DNA of 64,000 bases from Candidatus Aenigmatarchaeota archaeon (GTDB lineage Archaea > Aenigmatarchaeota > Aenigmatarchaeia > JACPZZ01): assembly GCA_016195275.1 (NCBI GenBank), contig JACPZZ010000001.1, positions 3,046 through 67,045 on the forward strand, read 5' to 3'. The notes beneath the pieces were generated by a model. The model did no database searches. It was given only the letters and a program-made list of their open reading frames with translations, and was not told where the DNA came from. The position numbers were made by a program, and so were the translations under genes. Of the stretch, positions 35,829 to 45,253 are shown one piece after another (positions within the stretch are counted from its first letter, which is position 1; each line of letters starts with the position of its first letter).

Positions 35829-36113
35829 ATGATGGAAGAACAGCAGGAGCGTGTGCGATTACCGCGGCAGGGTGAAGTAATGGGTTCGGTTATAGAGCTG
35901 TTGGGCGGGGACAGGTTCAGGGTTGATTGCGCTGACGGGAAAGTTCGCATATGCAGGATACCAGGAAAGTTAAGGAAAAAAGTCTGGATACGCCCCAACG
36001 ATGTCGTGCTGGTCGAGCCGTGGAAGATCCAAGGCGATAAACGCGCCGATGTTGTGTGGAGATACACAGGCACGCAGGTTTCATGGCTCAAGAAACAGGG
36101 TTACGTGAAATAA
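35829..36113 (+). CDS. eif1a: translation initiation factor aIF-1A
   Basis: GEVMGSVIELLGGDRFRVDCADGKVRICRIPGKLRKKVWIRPNDVVLVEPW is the S1-like OB fold of eIF1A. Confidence 0.9.
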   Translation: MMEEQQERVRLPRQGEVMGSVIELLGGDRFRVDCADGKVRICRIPGKLRKKVWIRPNDVVLVEPWKIQGDKRADVVWRYTGTQVSWLKKQGYVK

Positions 36114-36147
36114 ACCGTACATCATTAAAATTTTACGAAGGATTTGC

Positions 36148-36642
36148 GTGATAGAGCTTGTAAAATTGCCGGAAGAAAGGAAAGCCGTTGTAATAGGCAA
36201 GAACGCCAGCGTAAAAAAAGGCATAGAAAAGATTACGGGTACGGAAATAACAATCGATGACGATGTCAAGATCGCGGGTGAAAATTCTATCGGGATAATG
36301 GATGCGAAAAACATAGTAATGGCGATCGGCCGCGGGTTCTCGCCGGAGAAGGCGTTAAAACTTTCGGGCGGCGAAAATGTGCTTGAGATTGTCAACTTGA
36401 AAGGGTACAACCCGAAGAAAAGGGTTACACAAAAGGCGCGTGTCATAGGTACGAAAGGCAAGACGAGGAAATTGCTCGAACAATTTACAGGCTGTGATGT
36501 TTCGGTATACGGCGATACAATATCAATCATAGGGGGCTGGGAATCCGCTGACATAGCAAAGCAGGCCGTCGAACAGCTTTTGTCAGGCCGCTCGCATGCT
36601 TCTGTATACAGATTCCTGGAAAAGAATGCTGTGGACAAATAA
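36148..36642 (+). CDS. KH-domain RNA-binding protein (Dim2/Pno1-like)
   Basis: GTG start. Two KH-like segments: VIGKNASVKKGIEKITG and VIGTKGKTRKLLEQFTG. Sitting next to aIF-1A is typical synteny. Confidence 0.8.
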   Translation: MIELVKLPEERKAVVIGKNASVKKGIEKITGTEITIDDDVKIAGENSIGIMDAKNIVMAIGRGFSPEKALKLSGGENVLEIVNLKGYNPKKRVTQKARVIGTKGKTRKLLEQFTGCDVSVYGDTISIIGGWESADIAKQAVEQLLSGRSHASVYRFLEKNAVDK

Positions 36643-36702
36643 ATTTCCCGTTGAACTTGGGAAAATTTATATATTATGACTGCTTATAATTAAGGGATTT
36701 CT

Positions 36703-39700
36703 TTGAGCGATAAAACAATAGAAAAGGCCGAGAAGGTCAAAAGCGCACAGGAGATGTCGCGGGACCAGAGGGAAATTTCCGTTTCGGAGTTTTTTGAGAA
36801 AAACAGACATCTTCTCGGCTATGACAACAAGGTGAAGGCGTTATTGACCGTTGTTAGAGAGGCTGTCGATAACAGCCTTGATGCTTGTGAAACGGCGCGC
36901 ATAGTCCCTGACATAAAAGTTTCTGTTAAGCCTGTTAATGACGTGAAGGACAGATACGTTATATTAGTCGAGGATAACGGGCCCGGGATTGTAAAACAAA
37001 ATATTGGCCGTGTGTTCGGAAAACTGTTGTTCGGGTCAAAATTTCATAAGCTTATCCAATCATTGACCGGGGACGAGCCTGTTTTTGTGATACGAAACGG
37101 CAAAACCGAAATAATACCGATAGGAAACCTAGTAAATTCTTACCTTCAACCCGAAGAAACTGAAAAGAACGTGTTAGATCATGATCTTCTTGTACCGGCT
37201 TTCGACCGTGAAACATACAAATACAGATTCGCGAGAGTGAGCCATGTAATACGGCACAAAAGGGAAAATGAGATTGTTAAGCTTACTTTAAACACAGGAA
37301 GGACTCTTAAAGTAACAGGTTGCCACAGCATATTCTCAATAAATCCTGCGACTGGCGGGCTTGAAGAAACCGAGGCAAGAAACCTAAAAATCGGGGACTA
37401 TATAGCGATTCCCAAAAAGCTGCCTTCTTTAGAGATTTCCGAAATTAACCTTCTGGACTACTTAAGTTACGAGCATATCAAAGACAACTGGGCTTACGTT
37501 TACGGCATAAACGGCGGTATTTTTGAAAAACTTATTGAAGGTGCTGAGGCTGTGCATAAAAAGACGGACAAGAGCAGAAAATATTACAGGCTGTTTACCG
37601 GAAACAAAGAACCCGTAGACATATTAGACGACAGCATGAAACAATACATGAACAAAAACTTCCTGCCAATTCAGCTTGTGCTAAAGCTGGGGCTGAAAGA
37701 CGCGGTAAAAGGCGGTTTCATCAAAACTTATTGTCGTGGCAAGGAGACGAGAATACCTGTTTCTCTGGAAATGACGGACAAACTGGCCAGGTTCTTGGGG
37801 TTGTTCGTGGCAGAAGGTCACAGCGATAAAAGGCAGATAGCACTGACCTTCGGCAGGCATGAAGACCATCTTATTGACGAAGTTCTTAATTTCGCAAGAA
37901 TATTCGGTTTGAATACCACCCTAGAACACAGAAAAAATTCCATTAGGATCAAGCTGTTTGGTAATATGTTCGTAAAATTTGTATCCGATGTTTGTGGTGT
38001 GGGCGCCCACAACAAAAAAGTGCCGGAGTTTGTTTTCAGAGCCGGCCACATCATGCGCCAGCACTTCTTGGACGCTATTTACCAAGGCGACGGCCACAAA
38101 GTGAAAGGAAGGAATAACATAATGCTCAATACAGTTAGCAAACGGCTTGCGAATGAAATAATGTACCTGTGGTCCATGCAAGGCATAGCCGCCTGCATAA
38201 CCAGCCGAACAAATAAGAACGGTTTAGGCAGATTCCCTTCTACCTGTTACGTAGTCAATGTTTACGGGAACGATATAAACAAATCCTTTGTTTATTCTTG
38301 CCCGAATACGGAAAGGACAGCAAGACAGATAGAATACGAGTCTGTAAAACAAATCTCCATAAACTCCAACCAATTGGTTAAGAGTAAGCTTATCGAGTCT
38401 GATATATTGATGGTTAAAATCAGGAACATTGAAACAATAAACGAAGGGCACGATCTCGTCTATGACCTTTCAGTTACAAAATCCGAAAATTTCGTTGGCG
38501 GTTTCGGGGGAATTGCATGCCACAACAGCCGCGGACAACAGGGCATAGGCATTTCGGGCGCAGTGCTTTATTCACAATTAACGAGCGGCAAGCCCTCTAA
38601 AATTGTTACGTCCACAGGCGACGGCAAGACGCATTACATGGACCTGATGATCGATACGTTCAAAAATGAGCCGGAAATTCTCAAGGAAGAGATAAAGGAA
38701 GGAAAAAGTTGGCACGGCGTCAAAGTCGAAATGGAGGTGGAGGGAAAGTACGTTGAACACCAGCAGTCAATTTCGGAGTATCTGAAACAAACGGCGATGT
38801 CAAATCCCTACGCAGAAATAATTTACGACTCGCCCAACGGCAAAATTAAATTTGAACGCTCGGTAAAAACGCTTCCCGAGGAGCCGAAATCGATTAAACC
38901 GCATCCGCACGGCGTAGAAATAGGAATTTTGAGGCGAATGCTCAAAACGACAGAAGCGCGCACGCTAACAGGGTTTTTCACAAGCGATTTTTCCAGGGTC
39001 GGCCAAAGCTCTGCAAAAGAAATAATAAGGCTTGCAAAGCTTGGCGACGATGTGGGCCCGAAAAACATAGACGGCCCGCAGGTAGAAAAGCTGTTTCAGG
39101 CAATACAACAGGTGCAATTGATAAAACCTCAGTTGGATTGTTTATCGCCTCTCGGGGAAAAATTAATAGAGGAGGGTTTGAAGAAACAACTGAAGCCCGA
39201 GTATGTTGTTGCAATAACGAGGCCGCCGGATGTTTACCGAGGAAACCCGTTCCAGATTGAATGTTGCACGGGGGATACAAAAATAATTTTGGAAAACGGG
39301 TCGGTTGTTGACATAAAAAATTACATCGAAAACGGTATGTTCAAAAAATACGACAAAGTGCTGTCAATGACAAAGGATCTAAAGATAAAACCCCAGAAGG
39401 TTCACGCTGTGCAAAAATTCAAAAATGTGCACAAGATCCTGAAGATAGAAACCAGGACAGGAAGGGTGCTTAAATTAACCCAGAACAACGAGCTTCCAAC
39501 GATAATCAACGGAGAAATAATATGGAAAGCAGCCGGCGAACTCGGGGCCGGGGATTTTGTAGCAACCCCGAGGAGACTGGCCGTTGACGGGAGAAAACCT
39601 CACATTTTGGAGTTAATGGACGAAGATTGTGTAAAGGTACATGATATAGAGGCTGTAAGATATTTGATGTCCAAATGCGCATCGAAATTTTACGGTATCA

Positions 39701-41361
39701 AGAATGTTGCAAAAAATCTTGGAATAGATTACAACACCCTAAAAAGTTACAACCGGAAGAACTCGTCAGTCGGCAGGCCGACACTTTCGACACTGAGAAA
39801 ATTGTGCGAGTTGTCAGGTTCCGATTACCCCGGCACGATGAAATCTGTCAAAGAAATATCCTACGCAGACAACGGTTTTCCGAATCCTGTGAAGATAACA
39901 GTGCCGGACGTATGCGAAGACCTGCTTTATGTACTGGGGCTGCTAAATTCCGATGGTTATATTAGCAAACGAGAAATCGTGTTTACAAATATCGATCCCA
40001 CGCTGCACGAGGCGTTTGCTCAAAAAACTGAAAAGTTATTCGGTATTAAAGTAAAAAGCTATAGACCGTTCACATCGTCGTTCTCAAATAAAACCGTGTA
40101 TAATGTGTTGCGGGTCCTTGAGGATCATCTTCCGGAGTTGGACGACAGTCTTATAGTTTCTTGGCTTAAAGGCGTTGCCGACGGGGATGGGTGGGTGGCC
40201 TGTAGAAAAGGAAAAATCAGATCTATAGGCATTGCCACCGCAAAAAGAAATGAGGCGGAATTTGTGCAAACAATGCTTTTGAGGTTGGGTATACAATCGA
40301 AAATTGAAAGGCAGCTTCCTAGCAACACCGTAGGAAAGACAGGGGACAGGATCATAAAAACATTGAAGCCGAAGGATAACATAGTCATATACGATTTCTG
40401 GAACGTTGCAAAGTTCGCCTCTTTAGTTGGTTTCAGACAGCAAAAAATGGCGAGAAGGCTCGCTGAATCCATTGTTAACACGATAGACTGCAAGCAACAG
40501 CATGATGTATTGGATGTTGGCGTATTACTCAAACGGCTGAGGCAAGAAAATGGCTTATTCCAACATTCCTTGTGCTTTTCGGATCAGACGATAAGGCAGG
40601 CGGAAAAATCTAACCGGATGCTAACGCGCAACAACTTACAGTCGTTGCTGACCTCGAAGCAGCTTAAGGGTGATGCCTACGGAGCCTTAAAGCTGCTGGC
40701 ATTCTCGGATATTCTGTGGGACAGGATAATCGGTATAACAGAGGTCCCACACGAAGAATATGTTTATGATCTTACTATGGAATCGGATAATTTTGTAGCC
40801 GACAATATCGTGATGCATAACTGCGGCATCGCTTATGGTGGCGAGCTGCCGGCGGAGTCTGTTGCGACATTGTACAGGTTCGCGAACCGTGTTCCGCTAA
40901 TGTACCAGGCCGGCGATTGCGCGCTGGCGAAGGCTGTTAGTGAAATTGAATGGCGCAGATACGGGCTGGAACAGGGTTCCGGTGCGTCATTGCCGACGGG
41001 CCCTGTTGTAATATTCATTCATATCGCGTCTGTTTGGGTGCCTTTTACATCCGAATCGAAAGAGGCGATTGCCTCATACCCGGAAATAATCAAGGAAGTA
41101 AAACTCGCACTCCAGGACGCCGGGCGAAAAATGAGCATTTACGTGAACAAGAAGAGAAGGGCCGGCGAGGCTGCGATGAGGATAAGCCTGTTTGAAAAAT
41201 ACATACCAGAAGTTTCCGACGCATTGGCAAGGTTAAGCGGCGCAGACAAACATAAAATCGCCTCTAAGCTTGAAAATATGCTAAAGAAGGGAAAAATCGT
41301 AATAGAGGATACGGGAGAACAGGAAGAGGACAAAAAAACCGCCAAGGAAGAGGATGAATAA
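36703..41361 (+). CDS. top6B: DNA topoisomerase VI subunit B carrying two inteins (extein about 543 aa)
   Basis: TTG start. GHKL motifs: VREAVDNSLDA, VEDNGPGI, GKLLFGSKFHKLIQ|SRGQQGIGISGAVLYSQ. Transducer: GNPFQIE|CGIAYGG. Confidence 0.92.
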   Translation: MSDKTIEKAEKVKSAQEMSRDQREISVSEFFEKNRHLLGYDNKVKALLTVVREAVDNSLDACETARIVPDIKVSVKPVNDVKDRYVILVEDNGPGIVKQNIGRVFGKLLFGSKFHKLIQSLTGDEPVFVIRNGKTEIIPIGNLVNSYLQPEETEKNVLDHDLLVPAFDRETYKYRFARVSHVIRHKRENEIVKLTLNTGRTLKVTGCHSIFSINPATGGLEETEARNLKIGDYIAIPKKLPSLEISEINLLDYLSYEHIKDNWAYVYGINGGIFEKLIEGAEAVHKKTDKSRKYYRLFTGNKEPVDILDDSMKQYMNKNFLPIQLVLKLGLKDAVKGGFIKTYCRGKETRIPVSLEMTDKLARFLGLFVAEGHSDKRQIALTFGRHEDHLIDEVLNFARIFGLNTTLEHRKNSIRIKLFGNMFVKFVSDVCGVGAHNKKVPEFVFRAGHIMRQHFLDAIYQGDGHKVKGRNNIMLNTVSKRLANEIMYLWSMQGIAACITSRTNKNGLGRFPSTCYVVNVYGNDINKSFVYSCPNTERTARQIEYESVKQISINSNQLVKSKLIESDILMVKIRNIETINEGHDLVYDLSVTKSENFVGGFGGIACHNSRGQQGIGISGAVLYSQLTSGKPSKIVTSTGDGKTHYMDLMIDTFKNEPEILKEEIKEGKSWHGVKVEMEVEGKYVEHQQSISEYLKQTAMSNPYAEIIYDSPNGKIKFERSVKTLPEEPKSIKPHPHGVEIGILRRMLKTTEARTLTGFFTSDFSRVGQSSAKEIIRLAKLGDDVGPKNIDGPQVEKLFQAIQQVQLIKPQLDCLSPLGEKLIEEGLKKQLKPEYVVAITRPPDVYRGNPFQIECCTGDTKIILENGSVVDIKNYIENGMFKKYDKVLSMTKDLKIKPQKVHAVQKFKNVHKILKIETRTGRVLKLTQNNELPTIINGEIIWKAAGELGAGDFVATPRRLAVDGRKPHILELMDEDCVKVHDIEAVRYLMSKCASKFYGIKNVAKNLGIDYNTLKSYNRKNSSVGRPTLSTLRKLCELSGSDYPGTMKSVKEISYADNGFPNPVKITVPDVCEDLLYVLGLLNSDGYISKREIVFTNIDPTLHEAFAQKTEKLFGIKVKSYRPFTSSFSNKTVYNVLRVLEDHLPELDDSLIVSWLKGVADGDGWVACRKGKIRSIGIATAKRNEAEFVQTMLLRLGIQSKIERQLPSNTVGKTGDRIIKTLKPKDNIVIYDFWNVAKFASLVGFRQQKMARRLAESIVNTIDCKQQHDVLDVGVLLKRLRQENGLFQHSLCFSDQTIRQAEKSNRMLTRNNLQSLLTSKQLKGDAYGALKLLAFSDILWDRIIGITEVPHEEYVYDLTMESDNFVADNIVMHNCGIAYGGELPAESVATLYRFANRVPLMYQAGDCALAKAVSEIEWRRYGLEQGSGASLPTGPVVIFIHIASVWVPFTSESKEAIASYPEIIKEVKLALQDAGRKMSIYVNKKRRAGEAAMRISLFEKYIPEVSDALARLSGADKHKIASKLENMLKKGKIVIEDTGEQEEDKKTAKEEDE
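37060..38526 (+). mobile_element. Top6B intein 1 (489 aa, LAGLIDADG domain), inserted in the ATP-lid motif
   Basis: Starts SLTGDEPVFV and ends GIACHN followed by SRGQQGIG. Blocks: LARFLGLFVAEGHS and RQHFLDAIYQGDGHK. Confidence 0.85.
39262..40821 (+). mobile_element. Top6B intein 2 (520 aa, LAGLIDADG domain)
   Basis: Starts CCTGDTKIIL and ends NIVMHN followed by CGIAYGG. Blocks: LLYVLGLLNSDGYI and IVSWLKGVADGDGWV. Confidence 0.85.
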
Positions 41362-41363
41362 AA

Positions 41364-42443
41364 ATGGCAGGCGAAGCGGTTAAAAAACTCGATAACCTGG
41401 GGAAGAAATTAGTCAAGGACATAGAAGAGGAGAAAAACCCCTCAATGACAATACCTTTACGGGCGCTGTCCAATGTTGTTTTCGACCGCCAAGACAGAAC
41501 CCTGAGAATAGGCGACAAGACTTTTGTAAGGTCCTTTTTCAATGTTGCGCACGCGAGGAAATTCTTACAGACCGTGGAAGTAGGGGCGATAAGCAAAGAC
41601 CTGTTAAACAACAACAAGCACGCCTCGCTGAGAGACGTGTTCTACATGGCTAAACGGACAATCCCGAACACAAAGATAAACGTTGTCGATGAACAACAGG
41701 AATCTGATAATGCGGTTGAAGATTTGGAAATGATAACCGGCTCGTGGCGCGAGCAGCTGCACATCAATGCGAACAAGTTGGGCGCTGTCGCAGGAAACGT
41801 GGTCGTCGAAGATGCCGGGGACACGATTGACTGGTCTAAATTAGGGTCCGGCGGCTGGTCGATACCTTCGAACATAGAAGAGCTGAAATTCAAGAAAGTT
41901 GATGCGAAATATGTCATATACATGGAAAAAGCGGCTGTGTGGGAACGATTAAACGAGGACAAGGTTTGGAAAAAATTAAACTGCATAATAATATCGTCGC
42001 AGGGGCAGGCGACCCGGGGGATAAGAAGAATGCTGCAAATACTCTCAACGCAATACAAATTGCCGATATATGTGCTTACAGACTTTGATCCCTGGGGAAT
42101 CTACATATATTCCGTGTTAAAATTCGGTTCCATTAACCTTGCCCATATTTCAGACCGGCTGTCGATTCCTAATGCAAAATTCCTTGGAATAACTGCTGAC
42201 GACATAGAAAAATACGACCTGAAAAAGCATTTCATCAATTTCAAGGACGTTGATTTTTCCAGGTTAGATCAGATAGGCTCGTATGACTGGTTTAAGAACA
42301 ACAAGGACTGGCAAAGGCAATTCAAGATGATGAAAGACTGGAAAGCGAAAGCTGAAATACAGGCATTGTCGGCGCGCGGCATTTCTTTCATTTCGGACAA
42401 ATACCTGCCTGACAAGATAAAAAACGAGGACTGGCTGGACTAA
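41364..42443 (+). CDS. top6A: DNA topoisomerase VI subunit A (Spo11 family)
   Basis: It sits directly after top6B. LRDVFYMAK holds the catalytic Tyr region. The Toprim segment is YVLTDFDPWGIYIYSVLKFGS. Confidence 0.92.
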   Translation: MAGEAVKKLDNLGKKLVKDIEEEKNPSMTIPLRALSNVVFDRQDRTLRIGDKTFVRSFFNVAHARKFLQTVEVGAISKDLLNNNKHASLRDVFYMAKRTIPNTKINVVDEQQESDNAVEDLEMITGSWREQLHINANKLGAVAGNVVVEDAGDTIDWSKLGSGGWSIPSNIEELKFKKVDAKYVIYMEKAAVWERLNEDKVWKKLNCIIISSQGQATRGIRRMLQILSTQYKLPIYVLTDFDPWGIYIYSVLKFGSINLAHISDRLSIPNAKFLGITADDIEKYDLKKHFINFKDVDFSRLDQIGSYDWFKNNKDWQRQFKMMKDWKAKAEIQALSARGISFISDKYLPDKIKNEDWLD

Positions 42444-42934
42444 AGGCGTCTTGTTAATTCAATGAACAGCTGTGTCAGCACAAGAATGACAGCTACAACG
42501 GCTACGATTGCTATCATCGGGCTTGGCGTTGTTTCATGCACGCTTCTTTCAACGAAAAACTCAAATGTCGCATTACCCTTTTTATCCGATTGCGATGCAG
42601 CAAATTCTATGGCATAATTTCCGCCTTCCGGGAACGTGTATCTGAAAATAGCAACGCTGTCTTGTTTTGCTTGGAACGATTCCGGCGGGAAAAGCGCCGT
42701 GTCTGTTTTCGATATCCTGATAATAAGCCTGTCCGGCACGGCCAAATCTCCTGTTGTAGCGTTGTACATGGCCAATGTCATGGTTACATAGTCCAAAGAT
42801 TTCGGCGCTGCCAGATCCATACCAAACTCGAACAGGAAACCGTTAGATTCTTTTGTGTATTTTACACCCGAATCCGCGTAAGAGTAGCTTGCCATCAAGA
42901 TAACCAAAATTATCGCAGGCAGAAAAGTTTTCAC
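42440..42934 (-). CDS. secreted protein with a C-terminal membrane anchor, function unknown
   Basis: Signal-like MKTFLPAIILVILMASYSYA and a C-terminal helix IAIVAVVAVILVLTQLFI. Confidence 0.5.
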   Translation of the reverse strand: MKTFLPAIILVILMASYSYADSGVKYTKESNGFLFEFGMDLAAPKSLDYVTMTLAMYNATTGDLAVPDRLIIRISKTDTALFPPESFQAKQDSVAIFRYTFPEGGNYAIEFAASQSDKKGNATFEFFVERSVHETTPSPMIAIVAVVAVILVLTQLFIELTRRL

Positions 42935-43162
42935 AATATCTGTATTAAGTATGGGCTGCGCGGGTAATATATTTCCGTTTAATGGCGTTCCTCATCTATT
43001 ACAGCATGCTCGACCTGCAAAAATTGTCCGGCAGGCTTGACCATTCTATCCTGCTGGTCTTGATAATTTTTGTCTGGCTCGCATTCAGGTTGTACGACGC
43101 GGCAGGGTGAAAAACGTCATAAAATCGGACGCGCTCTGACCGGCCGCAGACTGCCAAACTAA

Positions 43163-43172
43163 GCTATTTAAC
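43163..43172 (+). promoter_or_regulatory. candidate TATA box for tRNA-Asn
   Basis: GCTATTTAAC lies about 35 nt upstream of the tRNA 5' end. Confidence 0.4.
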
Positions 43173-43202
43173 CTTACACCGGATAAACTAGATTCTAGTG
43201 CT

Positions 43203-43382
43203 GCCCCGGTAGCTCAGACTTCTTTGCCGCTTTAAAGGCAACGAGAAGGAGCAATAGGTAGAGCGCATGGCTGTTAACTGCGAAAGCTACGCTGTGTCTT
43301 TCGGTTGGCTGCGACCATGAGGTACTGTTATCGGGCTGCCCGAAAAACAGGCACAACGGTTGTTCGAGTCAACCCTGGGGCG
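43203..43382 (+). tRNA. tRNA-Asn (anticodon GUU) interrupted by three introns: 43218..43254 (37 nt, D-loop 15/16), 43277..43313 (37 nt, 37/38) and about 43324..43356 (33 nt, variable loop 47/48)
   Basis: The spliced 73-nt product is GCCCCGG TA GCTC AGTAGGTA GAGC G CATGG CTGTTAA CCATG AGGTC GGTTG TTCGAGT CAACC CTGGGGC G. The D-loop intron has a perfect BHB (GCTC|AG^A|CTTCT...AGAAG|GAGC|AA^T). Lengths sum exactly (73 + 107 = 180). Confidence 0.75.
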
Positions 43383-43385
43383 CAC

Positions 43386-43399
43386 TTATTTTTTTATTC
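43386..43399 (+). terminator. oligo-T terminator after tRNA-Asn
   Basis: TTATTTTTTTATTC begins 4 nt after the discriminator base. Confidence 0.6.
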
Positions 43400-43463
43400 T
43401 ATTAATAGACGGCCCAGACCCGTTGACCAACTAGTTAATTAAACCAGCTTTTTAACTTCTTTT

Positions 43464-43685
43464 ATGATATTAGCGAATTACAAAGACAGATCCGGCGAGA
43501 AAATAAAGATAAGAACGCCTAAAATCGGCGATGCGAAAGAGATGGCCGGAAGCTACTACAGGAAAAGTTTGGAAACTCACAAACAACTCCTGAAAAGTGG
43601 GGAAATATACCCTATCGTGGACAGCGATGGAGTTAGAAGATGCTGTGATTGCGGGTTTGAGTTGGATAGCCTGATTGAGGATTGA
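43464..43685 (+). CDS. small hypothetical protein
   Basis: 73-aa ORF with no motif apart from a CCDC cluster. Confidence 0.3.
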   Translation: MILANYKDRSGEKIKIRTPKIGDAKEMAGSYYRKSLETHKQLLKSGEIYPIVDSDGVRRCCDCGFELDSLIED

Positions 43686-43687
43686 TA

Positions 43688-44509
43688 TTATGGACTGGAT
43701 AACCGAGCAGCCATGTTATAACTATTTATTGGGTGTAAGAAACGGCGACTATAAATCTGCTGGCCTTTGATTCCAAGTTTTTCAATAACATCTTTTACAG
43801 TGTGTTCACCAAATCTTTGACTTTTATTTTTTGATACTGGTTTTTCGGCCTTCGTTTTCCCCGATTTGCCAGAATATATCTCCCATAATTCTTTATTCTT
43901 TTTGATCAAACTTTGTGCTTTCTCCGTTAAAGCTACGCCAAAATTTTCCACAGGTCGTACCAATTCTAGGCTTCTGCAGAGATAGTGATCTAATATCTGC
44001 GTTGGATCTCCAATCACAGTCTTCATAACTTTATCTGATTCGCCGAGCAAGATATCACACGTTCTTAAAAACTTGCTCATAAAAGCTGGCTGGTCTGGCG
44101 TGGAGGAGACGATTACAGCCGACAGAACTATTCCTAGCGAGTTTTCCAAGCCTTCCAGGCCAAAACTTCGGGAAAGCTCATCCCAATAGTTGTCAAGGAG
44201 AATTGATGCCATGTCCTGATTTGTTATTGTTGTCAGGTTATTTCTTAAAAGCTTGTCCTCTAACTTCTCTGTGAATATGGCCAACCTTTCATCCTTTATT
44301 TCGATTATCCCTGCGTTCTTCAAATGTTCCATGTCTCTGTTAAAGCTGGGGAACATTGCAGAAACTATGTCAACCGGAGCAGAACCTCCTGCCTTGAACA
44401 TGAACCACAGTACATCTGATAACTCATTGATTTTTGGCGATAATTTTAGAAATTCTTTTGAGAAGGTTTGCCTTGTCAGTTCGACTATATCTTCTTTTAC
44501 CACTCTCAT
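43688..44509 (-). CDS. unknown-function protein, paralog family member 3 (winged-helix-like N-terminus, basic tail)
   Basis: 273 aa. Shares ELTRQTFSKEFLKLSPKI...TPDQPAFMSKFLRT with 44534..45253. Confidence 0.6.
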   Translation of the reverse strand: MRVVKEDIVELTRQTFSKEFLKLSPKINELSDVLWFMFKAGGSAPVDIVSAMFPSFNRDMEHLKNAGIIEIKDERLAIFTEKLEDKLLRNNLTTITNQDMASILLDNYWDELSRSFGLEGLENSLGIVLSAVIVSSTPDQPAFMSKFLRTCDILLGESDKVMKTVIGDPTQILDHYLCRSLELVRPVENFGVALTEKAQSLIKKNKELWEIYSGKSGKTKAEKPVSKNKSQRFGEHTVKDVIEKLGIKGQQIYSRRFLHPINSYNMAARLSSP

Positions 44510-44533
44510 TACTTTTAATTCATCCTAAAGAAT

Positions 44534-45253
44534 TTATACGAATTCCATCTCTTCTTTTACTCTTATAGGCTCCTCGGTCTCAACGGGTTTTTCTTCCTTT
44601 TTCGCCACCGGCTTTATTTTGATATCTTTCTTTTTGCTGCTGTAGAGCTCTGATAGTTCATTGTCCATCTGTATTAACTGCTTAGCTTTTTCAGAAAGAG
44701 CCACTCCGACATTTCCAAAAGGCTCTACAAGGTCGAGAGGGAAAATATAGTTGTCCAAAACCAACCTCGGGTTGCCGAGCACGCCTTCCAGTTTCAACTC
44801 TCCAATAATGTTGGCAGAGGTTCGCAGTACTTTGCTCATAAAAGCTGGCTGGTCTGGCGTGGAGTTCGCGATTATTCCCGACAGTGTTGCCGATAGCGAA
44901 TTTACAAATTCCTCCATCCCAAAACTGTCCAGCAATTTGTCTAAATAGTTGTCTAATAGTATCGATGTAACATCAGATTCTGTTATATCCCTCAAATCTT
45001 TACTCAACAGTTTTTCCTCAAACTTTTCCTTGAGAACTACCAGGTCGCTATTCATTTCGATCAAGCCTGCTTTGATCATCCCCTGTGAATCTTCATTGAA
45101 ATTTGGAAATCTTACAGATATGGCATTCGTATGGGTGAAACCGCCTGTCTTAAAAACAAACCATAGGATTTCTGAAATTTCTCGTATTTTTGGCATCAAT
45201 CGAAGGAACTCTTTTGAGAAGGTTTGCCTTGTCAGTTCGACTATCCTTTCCAT
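44534..45253 (-). CDS. unknown-function protein, paralog family member 2 (Lys/Glu-rich tail)
   Basis: 239 aa. MERIVELTRQTFSKEFLRLMPKI...TPDQPAFMSKVLRT...KKKDIKIKPVAKKEEKPVETEEP. Confidence 0.6.
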   Translation of the reverse strand: MERIVELTRQTFSKEFLRLMPKIREISEILWFVFKTGGFTHTNAISVRFPNFNEDSQGMIKAGLIEMNSDLVVLKEKFEEKLLSKDLRDITESDVTSILLDNYLDKLLDSFGMEEFVNSLSATLSGIIANSTPDQPAFMSKVLRTSANIIGELKLEGVLGNPRLVLDNYIFPLDLVEPFGNVGVALSEKAKQLIQMDNELSELYSSKKKDIKIKPVAKKEEKPVETEEPIRVKEEMEFV

